A stretch of DNA of 64,000 bases from NCBI GenBank assembly GCA_003243965.1, contig QHBO01000012.1:75107-139106 (forward strand), in the 5' to 3' direction. The position numbers and the translations under genes are program-made. The stretch comes from Chloroflexota bacterium (GTDB lineage: Bacteria; Chloroflexota; Limnocylindria; QHBO01). Positions 1 to 12,050 of the stretch are shown here, piece after piece. Below the pieces are notes generated by a model. That model was not told the origin of the DNA, made no database searches, and saw only the letters and a program-made list of their open reading frames with translations. Every line of letters starts with the position of its first letter. Position 1 is the first letter of the stretch.

Positions 1-767
<767 letters not shown>

Positions 768-845
768 TCCCAACCCGCTGACGGGGGCCGGACACCCGGC
801 CCCCGTACTCCCAGCGCTCAGCACGACCAACCGGAGGCGCAGCTG

Positions 846-1286
846 ATGACCGATTCCGCACCACCCGGCGCGGTCGGAGTGGTCGTCGTTTCCCACTCCG
901 GGCCACTGGCCGAGGCGGTCACCCAACTCGTGGCGCGGCTCGCCAACCTGCAGGTCGACGGCCCCTCGCTCGCCGCCGCCGGCGGCCTCGACGACGGGAG
1001 CCTGGGGACCGATGCGGTCCGCATTGCGGACGCCGTGCGCGCCGCAGACCGGGGAGCCGGCGTGGTGGTCGTCGCCGATCTCGGCTCGGCGATTCTCTCC
1101 GCGCGCACCGCCCTGGAAGAGCTTGTCGAGCCGGAACTCGCCTCCCGCGTGAGGATCAGCGGCGGGCCCCTGGTCGAGGGCGCCTTCGTAGCGGCCGTCC
1201 AGGCAGCGGCCGGGGATGACCTGGACGGCGTCGTGGCCGCGGCGGACGAGGCGTGTCGAATGGAGAAGCTGGAGTCCGGCCGATGA
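846..1286 (+). CDS. dhaM: DhaM-like PTS phosphotransfer subunit (EIIA-Man fold) of dihydroxyacetone kinase
   Basis: 146 aa. N-terminal VGVVVVSHSGPLAEAV with the conserved His is the DhaM/EIIA-Man signature. Stop overlaps the plsY start (ATGA). Confidence 0.65.
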   Translation: MTDSAPPGAVGVVVVSHSGPLAEAVTQLVARLANLQVDGPSLAAAGGLDDGSLGTDAVRIADAVRAADRGAGVVVVADLGSAILSARTALEELVEPELASRVRISGGPLVEGAFVAAVQAAAGDDLDGVVAAADEACRMEKLESGR

Positions 1287-1921
1287 CCGGCCTGGCCGCT
1301 GCCGCCGCACTCGGCTACCTCCTGGGAGCGATTCCCTTCGGCGTGGTGGTCGGCAGGGTGACCCGTGGCGTCGACATTCGGGACTACGGCTCGCACCGCA
1401 CCGGTGCGACCAATGCCCTGCGCACGCTCGGGACGCGCGCCGCGGCGCTCGTCTTCGGTCTCGACTTCGGGAAGGGAGCGATGGCGGTGCTGGTCGCTTG
1501 GCTGCTACCGGCGAGCTGGTCCGGAAACCTTGCCGAGTGGGCGCCCGCGCTGGCGGGCGTGGCGGCAATCATCGGGCACAACCGGTCGGTGTTCATCGGC
1601 TTCACCGGCGGCCGCGGTGTGGCGACCTCCACCGGCGCGCTCGTCGCGCTCGCGCCGTGGGCCATCGCGGTCCTGGGCCCGGTGGTGGTCGTGCTGGTGT
1701 GGCGCACTCGTTACGTGTCACTCGGTTCGGTCATCGGCGCACTCCTGGCACCGTTCGTGGTCGGGGTGCTGCATCTGGCCGGCCTCGCCTCCCTTGCCGC
1801 CCTGTTCTACGCGCTGGGGGCGGCGGTGCTGGTGACTGGATCCCATGCCGACAACATTGGTCGCCTGCGGGCCGGAACGGAGCGCAAGCTCGGGCAGAAG
1901 GAGGAGGTGCGCCACGCCTGA
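1283..1921 (+). CDS. plsY: Glycerol-3-phosphate acyltransferase PlsY
   Basis: Motifs GYLLGAIPFG, HRTGATNALR and GHNRSVF; multiple transmembrane segments. ATG at 1283 overlaps the dhaM stop. The ORF track offers an alternative start at 1253. Confidence 0.8.
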   Translation: MTGLAAAAALGYLLGAIPFGVVVGRVTRGVDIRDYGSHRTGATNALRTLGTRAAALVFGLDFGKGAMAVLVAWLLPASWSGNLAEWAPALAGVAAIIGHNRSVFIGFTGGRGVATSTGALVALAPWAIAVLGPVVVVLVWRTRYVSLGSVIGALLAPFVVGVLHLAGLASLAALFYALGAAVLVTGSHADNIGRLRAGTERKLGQKEEVRHA

Positions 1922-2230
1922 GATCGAGCTCGAGATCCGCAACCCATCGGGCCTCCACGCCCGCCCGGCGGCGACGTTCGTCAAGGCGGCGGCCGCCTTC
2001 GGATCGGACATCCGCCTCGTCAATCTGTCGCGAGACCCCGCGCGGCAGGTGAATGCGAAGAGCGTGCTCGGCCTCCTGGCCGCGGGGGTGGCGCACGGCC
2101 AGCGGGTTCGGGTCAGCGCGGAGGGGCCGGACGCATCGGAGGCGCTACGGGCGCTTGCCGAGCTCGTGGAGAGCGGCGTCGGCGAGCAGGTCGAGCCGCC
2201 AGCCGGCAGCGCACCGCCTGCGCCGGCATC

Positions 2231-2234
<4 letters not shown>
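1845..2234 (+). CDS. ptsH: Phosphocarrier protein HPr
   Basis: GLHARPAATFVKAA carries the active-site His; the domain is about 88 aa. Start is uncertain. The ATG at 1845 gives a 25-aa extension overlapping plsY. A strong SD (AAGGAGGAGG, 1896-1907) sits where the canonical HPr N-terminus (xPEIELEIRNPSGLH) would begin, but no ATG/GTG/TTG is in frame there; ACG at 1914 and ATC at 1923 are the in-frame options. Confidence 0.7.
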
Positions 2235-3912
<1,678 letters not shown>

Positions 3913-3916
<4 letters not shown>

Positions 3917-4524
3917 CGGATGTCTCAATTGCCGGTCCGCGGTTGACGTCGCTTGCCAACCTGCTGGGCATCGCCCGCATCGCGCTCACGCCGGTGGTCA
4001 TCGCCCTGCTGCTCCTGCCATTTCCGGGCGGCGGCCTCCTCGCGTTCTTCGTGTTCGTCGTCGCCGCCGCCACGGATTACCTCGATGGGCGGGTGGCCCG
4101 CGCCCGCGGCCAGGTGAGTCCGCTCGGTGTCTTCATGGACCTGACCGCTGACAAGGTGCTGGTTGCCGGGGTGCTGATCGCGATGGTCGAGGTCCGCCTG
4201 CTGCCGACCTGGATGGTGGCGACCATCCTGATCCGGGAGTTCGTGATCCAGGGCGTCCGCCAGCTGGCGGCGGCGGCGGACGTGGTGATCCCGGCGCGAG
4301 CGCTCGGCAAGGCCAAGACGCTGGCGACGCTCGCCGGCATGGCGCTGCTGCTGCTCGCTCACGACGCTCGCACCGGTGGACCGACCCACGCGCTTCTCCC
4401 GGAGATCTCGATCGGCGTCGCGGGCTTCTGGCTGATGGTGGTCGCCACCGGGCTCACCGTCGTGTCCGCGGTCGACTACGTTATCGGTGCGTTTCCGCTG
4501 CTGATGGGCCGCGGCGATGCCTGA
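3913..4524 (+). CDS. pgsA: CDP-alcohol phosphatidyltransferase (phosphatidylglycerophosphate synthase-like)
   Basis: DYLDGRVAR...G.FMDLTADK CDP-alcohol phosphotransferase motif; hydrophobic throughout. ATGA overlap with ptsI. Confidence 0.75.
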
Positions 4525-6133
4525 CGTCGACGTGGTGGTCATCGGCGGCGGTGCGACCGGGGCCGGCGTGCTGCGCGACCTCGCCATGCGCGGGCTGCGC
4601 GCCGTCCTGGTGGAGCGTGCCGACTTCGGCTCCGGGACCAGCGGTCGGTACCACGGCCTGCTGCACTCGGGTGCCCGATATGTCGTCCACGACCCCGAGT
4701 CGGCGCGTGACTGCGCCCGCGAGAACGCGGTCATCCGCCGCATCGCCCCCGCCTGCCTGGAGCTGACCGGCGGCTACTTCGTGGCCACCCCCGACGATCC
4801 GCTGGACTACGCGGAGCGCTTCGTCCCCGCCTGCGCGGCCGCGGGGGTCGAGGTCGACGAAGTCTCGCCCGCGGCGCTGCTCGACGCCGAGCCGCTGCTG
4901 AACAGGCGCATCTGGCGTGCCTTCTCGGTGGCGGATGCCTCGCTCGAACCGTGGGAGCTGATCGATGCGAACCTCGCCTCGGCGAGGGCGCATGGTGCGG
5001 AGGCGTGGCGATATACCAGGCTGACCCGGATCGTGACCGGCGAGGACGGGGCGGTGGCCGGCGTCGAGCTGGAGGCGGGTCGCACGGGCGAGCGTCGCAC
5101 GATCGCCTGCAGCGCGGTCGTCAATGCCGCCGGCGCCTGGGCTGGCCAAGTCGCGGCGCTCGCCGGCGCGCGGCTCGGCATGCGGCCGGGAAAGGGCGCC
5201 ATGCTGGTCATGAACCGGCGCCTCACAAGCGCGGTGGTCAACCGGCTGGCGCCGGCGGGGGACGGCGATATCCTCGTGCCGGTTCACACCGTCAGCATTC
5301 TCGGCACCACGGACGTCGAGGTCGCCGATCCCGATGACGTGCGGGTCACCGATGAGGAAGTGCGCGCCCTGCTCGCCGATGGCGATCGCCTCGTCCCCGG
5401 GCTGTCCGGATCGCGCGTGGTCCGGGCCTATGCGGGCTGTCGACCCCTGTACGACGAGGCGGATGTCGATGCCGCCCACGAATCGCGCGAGATCAGCAGG
5501 GCGCACCACGTCGTGGACCACGGCCAGCGCGACGGCATCCGTGGCCTGTGGAGCATCGTCGGTGGGAAGCTGACCACCTATCGGTTGATGGCCGAGCAGA
5601 CGGTCGACGCGGTCGCGGGGGCGCTGGGCGTCGCGGCTGCCTGCCGGACCGCGGATGAGGTGCTCCCCGGGTCCGAGGAGGGACGCTCGTACTGGCTGGG
5701 GGAGCGGCTCGCCGCGCTCGAGGCTGAAGGCGGCGGTGACGCGGACCTGGTGTGTGAGTGCGAGATCATCACCAGCGGCCAGCTGCAGGCCGAGCTGGAC
5801 GCGCATCCCGACTCCACGCTCGACGACCTGCGACGAGCCACGCGTCTCGGGATGGGTCCCTGCCAGGGGGCGTTCTGCACCTGCCGGGCAGCCGCGCTGC
5901 TCTCCGACCGTCAAGGGATGGGCCTCAATGGTTCCGCAACGCCGGATCCAAACGCTGCTCTGCTCGCCTTCCTCGCGGAGCGCGTCCGCGGGACCCGGGC
6001 CATCGCCTGGGGGGACCAGCTGGCCGAGCTGTGGCTGGAGGCCGGTGTCTACCGCGGCACGCTCGCAGTCGACACCATCGGCGCCGCCGGAAACGGCAGC
6101 CAGGACGGAGCGCCGTCGCATGCCGAGCCATGA
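4517..6133 (+). CDS. glpA: Glycerol-3-phosphate dehydrogenase subunit A (FAD; C-terminal BFD-like 2Fe-2S domain)
   Basis: N-terminal VVVIGGGATGAG FAD-binding fold. C-terminal CECE...GPCQGAFC cysteine cluster is typical of GlpA. Overlaps pgsA by 8 nt. Confidence 0.85.
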   Translation: MPDVDVVVIGGGATGAGVLRDLAMRGLRAVLVERADFGSGTSGRYHGLLHSGARYVVHDPESARDCARENAVIRRIAPACLELTGGYFVATPDDPLDYAERFVPACAAAGVEVDEVSPAALLDAEPLLNRRIWRAFSVADASLEPWELIDANLASARAHGAEAWRYTRLTRIVTGEDGAVAGVELEAGRTGERRTIACSAVVNAAGAWAGQVAALAGARLGMRPGKGAMLVMNRRLTSAVVNRLAPAGDGDILVPVHTVSILGTTDVEVADPDDVRVTDEEVRALLADGDRLVPGLSGSRVVRAYAGCRPLYDEADVDAAHESREISRAHHVVDHGQRDGIRGLWSIVGGKLTTYRLMAEQTVDAVAGALGVAAACRTADEVLPGSEEGRSYWLGERLAALEAEGGGDADLVCECEIITSGQLQAELDAHPDSTLDDLRRATRLGMGPCQGAFCTCRAAALLSDRQGMGLNGSATPDPNAALLAFLAERVRGTRAIAWGDQLAELWLEAGVYRGTLAVDTIGAAGNGSQDGAPSHAEP

Positions 6134-7433
6134 TGCGGTGGTGGTCGGCGGTGGTCTCTCGGGATTGACCGCCGGCCTGGCACTGGCGGAGTCCGGTGCC
6201 GATGTGGCCCTGCTGGCCAAGGGAATGGCGGCCAGTCATTGGGTGCATGGGGGGATCGACATCGCGGACAGCGGCCAGGCGTCGTCGTCCGCGGCAGCGG
6301 CAGCCGCGCTGGCGTCCCTGCCCGGACACCCCTATGCGGTGCTGGCCGATGACCTGCCGGCCGCGGTGGCGGAGGCCCTGCGTCGGCTGGCCGATGCGGG
6401 GCTTCCCTACCGGGGCGGCCTGGATGCACCCCTGGAGTGGATCCCGACCGCCATCGGTGGCCTGCGACGTGCCGCGATCCTGCCCGATGGCCAAGCGACG
6501 GTCCTCGATCCCTGGGAGGCCGATGAAGGACTCCTGCTGGTCGGCGTCGAGCGTTACCGTGACTTCTGGGCCGGATACGCTGCGCGCAACCTGGCGGCCG
6601 CCGAGTGGCCGGGCGGCCCGGCCCGCGTGCACGCGGCGGTGGTCGAGCTGCCCGGGCTGGCGCGCCTTCGCAACCTGACCCCGCTGGTCATCGCACGCCT
6701 GTTCGACGACCCGGTGTGGCGACGCTCGGCATGGCCGCTGATCAGGCAGGCGGTGCCCGCGGGGCGTTGGCGAATCGGCGTCCCCGCCGTGCTCGGTCTC
6801 GACCGCCACGCGGAGGTGCTTGCCGAGGCGGTGCGGGAGCTGGGGCCGGTCTTCGAGATGCCGAGCCTCCCACCCAGCGTGCCGGGGATCCGACTCCACG
6901 ACGCGCTTCGCCGCCGGTTCGAGGCGAGCGGCGGCAGACTCGAGATCGGGTTTGGGGTCACGGGTGTCGAACGCAGCGCGGGCGCCGTTGCCGCCCTGGA
7001 AACCGCCGCGGCGGGGCGGCCGCGACGGGTGGCCGCCGGTGTGTTCGTGCTGGCGACCGGCGGACTCGCCGGTGGGGGCCTTCGCGGCCTGCCGGGCGGA
7101 AAGCTGGAGGAGACCGTCTTTGGCCTTCCGGTCTCGTCGCCCTCTGCCGATCGCTGGTTCTCGGGAGAGCCGCTCGGCGACGGCGTGGAGCTCGAGCGGG
7201 CCGGGATCCGAGTCAATGCCGACCTCCGGCCGCTCGACACGGCCGGGCGCGTGGTGCTGGACAATGTGTTGGTGGTGGGAAGCGAGCTGTCGGGCATGCG
7301 CTACCTCTCGGAGCGCTGTGGTGACGGGGTGGCGCTGGCCAGCGGACACCGGGCGGGGCGGTTGATCGGCGTCGGTCAGCGCGCGACGGCCACCACCACC
7401 ACCACCACCACCACAAGGCGCACGGCGTCGTGA
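6120..7433 (+). CDS. glpB: Glycerol-3-phosphate dehydrogenase subunit B
   Basis: MPSHDAVVVGGGLSGLTAGLALAESG FAD fold. Start overlaps the glpA stop by 14 nt. C-terminus carries a Thr8 run. Confidence 0.8.
   Translation: MPSHDAVVVGGGLSGLTAGLALAESGADVALLAKGMAASHWVHGGIDIADSGQASSSAAAAAALASLPGHPYAVLADDLPAAVAEALRRLADAGLPYRGGLDAPLEWIPTAIGGLRRAAILPDGQATVLDPWEADEGLLLVGVERYRDFWAGYAARNLAAAEWPGGPARVHAAVVELPGLARLRNLTPLVIARLFDDPVWRRSAWPLIRQAVPAGRWRIGVPAVLGLDRHAEVLAEAVRELGPVFEMPSLPPSVPGIRLHDALRRRFEASGGRLEIGFGVTGVERSAGAVAALETAAAGRPRRVAAGVFVLATGGLAGGGLRGLPGGKLEETVFGLPVSSPSADRWFSGEPLGDGVELERAGIRVNADLRPLDTAGRVVLDNVLVVGSELSGMRYLSERCGDGVALASGHRAGRLIGVGQRATATTTTTTTTRRTAS
7389..7415 (+). repeat. (CCA/ACC)8 trinucleotide microsatellite encoding Thr8 at the glpB C-terminus
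   Basis: Sequence gccACCACCACCACCACCACCACCACA read directly, in frame, 6 codons before the stop. Confidence 0.9.
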
Positions 7434-7440
7434 GCCGACC

Positions 7441-8736
7441 ATGACCTTCACCGACGCCGCGGACCGGCACTACCCCGCCTTCTCCACCGACGCGTGCATC
7501 AAGTGCAACGTCTGCAACACCGTCTGCCCGGTGGCACGGGTGACCGACCTGTTCCCGGGCCCTAAGTACGTCGGCCCGCAGGCGCAGCGGTTCCGTGAAG
7601 CGCCGCGCTCCGCGGACCACAGCGTCGATCTGTGCAGCGGCTGTGGCTTCTGCACGCGGGCCTGTCCGCAGGGGGTCCGGATCGCCGAGACGAACAGCCG
7701 CGCCCGTGCCGAGATGGTCGAGGAGCGAGGCTCGAGCCTGCGCAACCGTGTGATCGCCGATACCGACCTGCTGATTCGCCTCGGCGTGCCGTTCGCCCCA
7801 CTCGCCAACTTCGCGCTCCGCAGCCGCATCCTGCGCTGGATAGGGGAGCGGGTGGTCGGCGTCCACCGCTCCGCGGCGCTTCACCCCTTCGCACGCCGCA
7901 CGTTCCAGGCCGCCGTCGCCCGTCGCCGGGTCAGTGACGACCGAGGACCCGACCGCACGCTGATCTACTTCCACGGCTGCGCGGTGAACGGCTTCGAGAC
8001 GAGCCTCGGCCGCGACGCGATCAGCGTCCTCGAGCGCAACGGGTTCAGTGTCATCGTTCCGCCCCAGAGCTGCTGCGCGCTGCCGATGATCAGCAACGGC
8101 CTCTACCCGCAGGCGCGCGCCAAGGCGCGGCGCAATCTGACCGTGCTGGGCGACTACGCGCGGCGCGGCTACCGGATCGTGACCACCTCGACCTCGTGCG
8201 GGTACACGCTCAAGGCCGAGTACGCGGAGATGCTCGACCTCGATGATCCGGATGCGCGGGCGGTGGCACGCCAGACATGGGACATCTGCGAGCTGCTCGG
8301 TGATCTCCATGAGCGCAGCAAGCTCGACACGCGGCTCGCGCCGCTGGACCGCGAGCTGCCGTACCACCCGCCCTGCCAGCTCAAGGCGCACGGCATCGGG
8401 ACTCCGGCGATGGATCTGTTCGCCCTGATTCCCGGCCTGCGGGCCTGGAATTCCGAGCATGACTGCTGTGGGGCGGCGGGAACGTACGGGCTGAAGCGGG
8501 AGCGCTGGCAGATCGCCCAGGACGTCGGCCGCGGCCTGTTTGCGCGGCTGCGCGAGCGTCCGGCTCCGGACATGGCATGCGACAGCGAGACGTGTCGATG
8601 GCAGATCACCGCTTCGACCTCCATCCCCGCGCGGCACCCCGTCGAGTACATCGCTGAGTCCTACCGACGCTGGGACGCGGCGCACATCGGCGAGGTGGCG
8701 CGCGCCGAGGCCGGGACGCAGCTCGGCGCTACTTGA
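7441..8736 (+). CDS. glpC: Glycerol-3-phosphate dehydrogenase subunit C (Fe-S; CCG domains)
   Basis: CIKCNVCNTVCP and CSGCGFCTRACP 4Fe-4S motifs, followed by cysteine-rich CCG repeats (PPCQLKAHGIG, HDCCGAAGTYG). Confidence 0.8.
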   Translation: MTFTDAADRHYPAFSTDACIKCNVCNTVCPVARVTDLFPGPKYVGPQAQRFREAPRSADHSVDLCSGCGFCTRACPQGVRIAETNSRARAEMVEERGSSLRNRVIADTDLLIRLGVPFAPLANFALRSRILRWIGERVVGVHRSAALHPFARRTFQAAVARRRVSDDRGPDRTLIYFHGCAVNGFETSLGRDAISVLERNGFSVIVPPQSCCALPMISNGLYPQARAKARRNLTVLGDYARRGYRIVTTSTSCGYTLKAEYAEMLDLDDPDARAVARQTWDICELLGDLHERSKLDTRLAPLDRELPYHPPCQLKAHGIGTPAMDLFALIPGLRAWNSEHDCCGAAGTYGLKRERWQIAQDVGRGLFARLRERPAPDMACDSETCRWQITASTSIPARHPVEYIAESYRRWDAAHIGEVARAEAGTQLGAT

Positions 8737-9457
8737 TCAGCTTGCGCTCCATCTGCCGCGTCGCGAGCCACATGAAGACGACGAAGAACGCGGCAAGGTA
8801 GGCGAAGTCCCACGCCTGTCCCCAGCCGAGGATCCCGGTCATCAGCCCGCGAATCAGGTTGACCGCGTGATAGAGCGGGGTGAGATGCATGAAGACCTGG
8901 ATCGGAAGCGGGTAGGCGGTGATCGGAAAGAACGTTCCGCTGAACAGGAACATCGGCTGGACGATCAACCCCATCGGGATGTCGAAGTCCTGGACCGTGC
9001 GCAGGTACGAGGTGCCCGCCAGCCCTGCGGCGCTGAACGCGGCGGAGATGAACAGCGCGGCGGGCAGCGCCAGGATCGCCAGCGGTGACAGGATCAGGCC
9101 CATGGCGGCCATGATCACCAGCATCGCGACGGCGTACAGCGCGGCGCGCATCAGGGCCCACAGCATCTCGCCCAGCGCGATCTCGGTGATGCCCATCGGC
9201 GTGGCGAGGATGCCCTCGTAGGTCTTGGCGTAGTTGAGCTTGAAGAACACGTTGAAGATGGTCTCGAACACGGCGCCGTTCATCGCCGCGCTGGCGAGCA
9301 GGGCAGGCCCCACGTAGGCCGCGTACGAAACGAACCGGCCGTCCGCGAGCTGGACACCGCCCACCAATCCACCGATGCCGAGCCCGATGCCGAACAGGTA
9401 CAGCACCGGCTCGACGACGCCCGAGGCGATCACGATCCATTGGTGTCGATAGACCAT
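8729..9457 (-). CDS. ABC-2 family transporter permease (second of two paralogs)
   Basis: About 243 aa with six predicted transmembrane segments and a FLFSGTFFP motif. The ORF track fuses it with upstream antisense sequence. ATG at 9457; GTG at 9460 or 9472 are alternatives. Convergent 8-nt overlap with glpC. Confidence 0.7.
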   Translation of the reverse strand: MVYRHQWIVIASGVVEPVLYLFGIGLGIGGLVGGVQLADGRFVSYAAYVGPALLASAAMNGAVFETIFNVFFKLNYAKTYEGILATPMGITEIALGEMLWALMRAALYAVAMLVIMAAMGLILSPLAILALPAALFISAAFSAAGLAGTSYLRTVQDFDIPMGLIVQPMFLFSGTFFPITAYPLPIQVFMHLTPLYHAVNLIRGLMTGILGWGQAWDFAYLAAFFVVFMWLATRQMERKLIK

Positions 9458-9555
9458 CACGTTCCGCTCCACCAGCCGGCGTGAGCGCCACAGCGGCGCC
9501 CAGGTCCTGGCCAGCACCCCTGGACGCGATGGCGGCAGCGAGAGGGCGGCCACGC

Positions 9556-10359
9556 TCAGGCGCGCATTCGGCGCGCGAGGTTCCGGTCCGCCAGCGCGAC
9601 ACCGACGGCGGCGAAGACGACGAGGTACAGGAGGTGGAGGGGCGCCGTCGCCGGATCGAGGCGGTTGAGGATCAAGCCGCGGATCAGCTCTGCAGCGTGG
9701 AACAACGGGGTCGCCCAGGCGGCGACTTGGAGCGGTGCCGGGAGCTGGGTGAGGGGAAAGAACGTTCCGCTGAACAGGAAGAGCGGGTTGATCACGAATC
9801 GGAAGATCCAGCTGAAGCCCAGGTCGTTGCGCTGGGTGGCGGTGAAGGCGATCAGGCTGGCCGAGAAGCCCCAGCCGGTGAGCACGGTGACCGGCACGGC
9901 CAGCAGCGCGATCGGGGTGGCCGTGATCCGGAAGATGGTCAGCACCACGAGGAAGATGGCGGCCACGGTCGCCAGCCGGAACCCGATCCAGCCAAGCTCG
10001 CCGAGGACGATGTGCCGCGTTCCGAGCGGCGTGGAGAGCATCGCCTCGTAGTTCCGGCCCCACATGATCTTGTTCATGATCGGGTAGGTCGATTCGAAGG
10101 TGGCGACCTGCATCGCGGTGGCGGCCAGCAGCCCCGGCCCCAGGAAGTGGATGTAGTCGAGGCCGCCGAATGCGGCGCGGCTGGCGACGAGCAGGCCGCC
10201 CAGCCCGACGCCCATCGCGGTCAGGAACATGAAGGGCTGCAGGAAGCCGAAGAACAGGCTCCGATACCAGATCCGCCGGTACACGAGCCAGTTGCGCAGG
10301 AAGACACGCGCCGCGGGGGCCAGGCTCCCCGAGCGCTGCATCGCGGACGGAGCGCTCAC
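9556..10359 (-). CDS. ABC-2 family transporter permease (first paralog)
   Basis: 267 aa, NodJ/DrrB-like topology, FLFSGTFFP motif. Lies directly downstream of the ATPase. Confidence 0.75.
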   Translation of the reverse strand: MSAPSAMQRSGSLAPAARVFLRNWLVYRRIWYRSLFFGFLQPFMFLTAMGVGLGGLLVASRAAFGGLDYIHFLGPGLLAATAMQVATFESTYPIMNKIMWGRNYEAMLSTPLGTRHIVLGELGWIGFRLATVAAIFLVVLTIFRITATPIALLAVPVTVLTGWGFSASLIAFTATQRNDLGFSWIFRFVINPLFLFSGTFFPLTQLPAPLQVAAWATPLFHAAELIRGLILNRLDPATAPLHLLYLVVFAAVGVALADRNLARRMRA

Positions 10360-10363
10360 GCCG

Positions 10364-11299
10364 TCATTCGACCAGGGTGCGCCCGGTCAGGCGCAGGAAC
10401 ACGTCCTCCAGCGAGGATCGGCGCACGAGCGCGCTCTCGACCGGGATCTGGCGGGCATGGACGGCGTCGAGGGCTCTCTCACCGTCATCGGTATACAAGA
10501 GCGTTCGGTCGGGGAGCTCCTCGATTCGGTCGGCGAGGCCATCCAGCTGTCCGTTGCGCCGGCCGCGGTCCGCATCCGGCAGGCGCAGCTCGAGCACCTC
10601 GCGCGTGCTGTACTGATCGATCAGCTGCCGCGGCGACCCTTCGGCCACGATCCGCGCTTTGTCCATCACCACCAGCCGATCGCAGAGCTGCTCGGCCTCA
10701 TCCATGTAGTGGGTGGTGATGATCAGCGTCGCGCCGCGCCGCTTCAGCTGATACAGCCGCTCCCAGAGGAGGTGCCGCGCCTGGGGGTCCAGGCCGGTGG
10801 TCGGCTCATCGAGGATGACGAGTTCCGGCTCGTTGATCAGGGCGCGGGCGATCGTCAGCCGCCGTTTCATGCCCCCGGACAGCGGTTCGACCTGGTCCTT
10901 CGCGCGTTCGGCGAGCTGGACAAACTCCAGGAGCTCCGAGGCCCGCTGCCGCGCCACCGCCGCCGGGATGTCGAAGTAGCGCGCGTACATCTCCAGGTTC
11001 TCGCGGACCGTGAGCTCCTGGTCGAGGTTGTCGATCTGCGGCACGACGCCCAGGCGCGCCTTGATCTCGCGTGCATCGGTGCGCGGATCCATGCCGATCA
11101 CCCGCAGCTCGCCGCTGGTGACCGGGGAGGCACAGGCGATCATCCGCATCGTCGACGTCTTGCCCGCCCCGTTGGGACCGAGGAACCCGAATGACCCTCC
11201 GGCGGGCACCTCGAAGTCGATGCCGTCCACGGCGGTGAACGCGTTGAAGCGCTTCGTCAGGGAGCGGGCGCGGACCAGCGCATCGGAGGCGGCGGGCAT
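10364..11299 (-). CDS. ABC transporter ATP-binding protein (NodI/DrrA-like exporter ATPase)
   Basis: Walker A GPNGAGKTST, signature LSGGMKRRL, Walker B ILDEPT. Confidence 0.85.
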   Translation of the reverse strand: MPAASDALVRARSLTKRFNAFTAVDGIDFEVPAGGSFGFLGPNGAGKTSTMRMIACASPVTSGELRVIGMDPRTDAREIKARLGVVPQIDNLDQELTVRENLEMYARYFDIPAAVARQRASELLEFVQLAERAKDQVEPLSGGMKRRLTIARALINEPELVILDEPTTGLDPQARHLLWERLYQLKRRGATLIITTHYMDEAEQLCDRLVVMDKARIVAEGSPRQLIDQYSTREVLELRLPDADRGRRNGQLDGLADRIEELPDRTLLYTDDGERALDAVHARQIPVESALVRRSSLEDVFLRLTGRTLVE

Positions 11300-11333
11300 G
11301 GGCCGGGATTGTACCCAGACGGCCGCCGGCCGG

Positions 11334-12041
11334 TCAGGCTTCCCAGGTCTCGCCGGGCTGGAGTGCCACCACCTGCGCCCGGGTCGCCGCCTGCAGCTCC
11401 TCGGGCGTGCCGCTCAATGCCTCGAACGTGGCGTAGTGGACCGGGATCACGGTCTGCACGGCGGTCATCTCCGCGGCTCTCGCGGCATCCCGCGGGCCCA
11501 TCGTGAAGTGGCCGCCGATCGGCAGCACGGCGATCGTCGGCGCCCAGCGATCCGCGATCAGCTGCATGTCGCCGAACAGGTCGGTATCGCCCGAGTGATA
11601 GACGGTCGTTCCGTCCTCGAAGCGGATGACCCAGCCCCAGCAGCCGACTTCGCGCGTCTGAGCGTGCGCTCCGCCGGTGAGCGTCACGCCACCGCTGTGC
11701 TCGGCGTGGACCATGGTCAGCTGGATGCCTGCGGCGTCGACGGTGCCGCCCTTGTTCATGCCGATCGCCTCAACCCCGCGTTCGGTGAGATAGACCGCCA
11801 TCTCGTGGCTGCAGATCACCTGTCCACCCGCCGCGGCGAGCTCGACCACGTCCTCGCAGTCGTTCCCGACGTGGTCGAAGTGACCATGGGTCGGCGCGAC
11901 GAGATCGACGCGTTCAGGATGCCGGTAGGCGTGCGCATAGGTCGGCGCCCCGGTCCATCGGTCGACCCACAGCCAGCGATCCGCGGGCGACCGATACAGG
12001 ATGCCACCATGGCCCAGGCCGGTGATCCTCAGGCTTGACAT
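11334..12041 (-). CDS. Metallo-beta-lactamase fold hydrolase (UPF0173-like)
   Basis: THGHFDH metal-binding motif, HSGDTD, and a later His. Confidence 0.7.
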   Translation of the reverse strand: MSSLRITGLGHGGILYRSPADRWLWVDRWTGAPTYAHAYRHPERVDLVAPTHGHFDHVGNDCEDVVELAAAGGQVICSHEMAVYLTERGVEAIGMNKGGTVDAAGIQLTMVHAEHSGGVTLTGGAHAQTREVGCWGWVIRFEDGTTVYHSGDTDLFGDMQLIADRWAPTIAVLPIGGHFTMGPRDAARAAEMTAVQTVIPVHYATFEALSGTPEELQAATRAQVVALQPGETWEA

Positions 12042-12050
12042 CTCCCCTCC

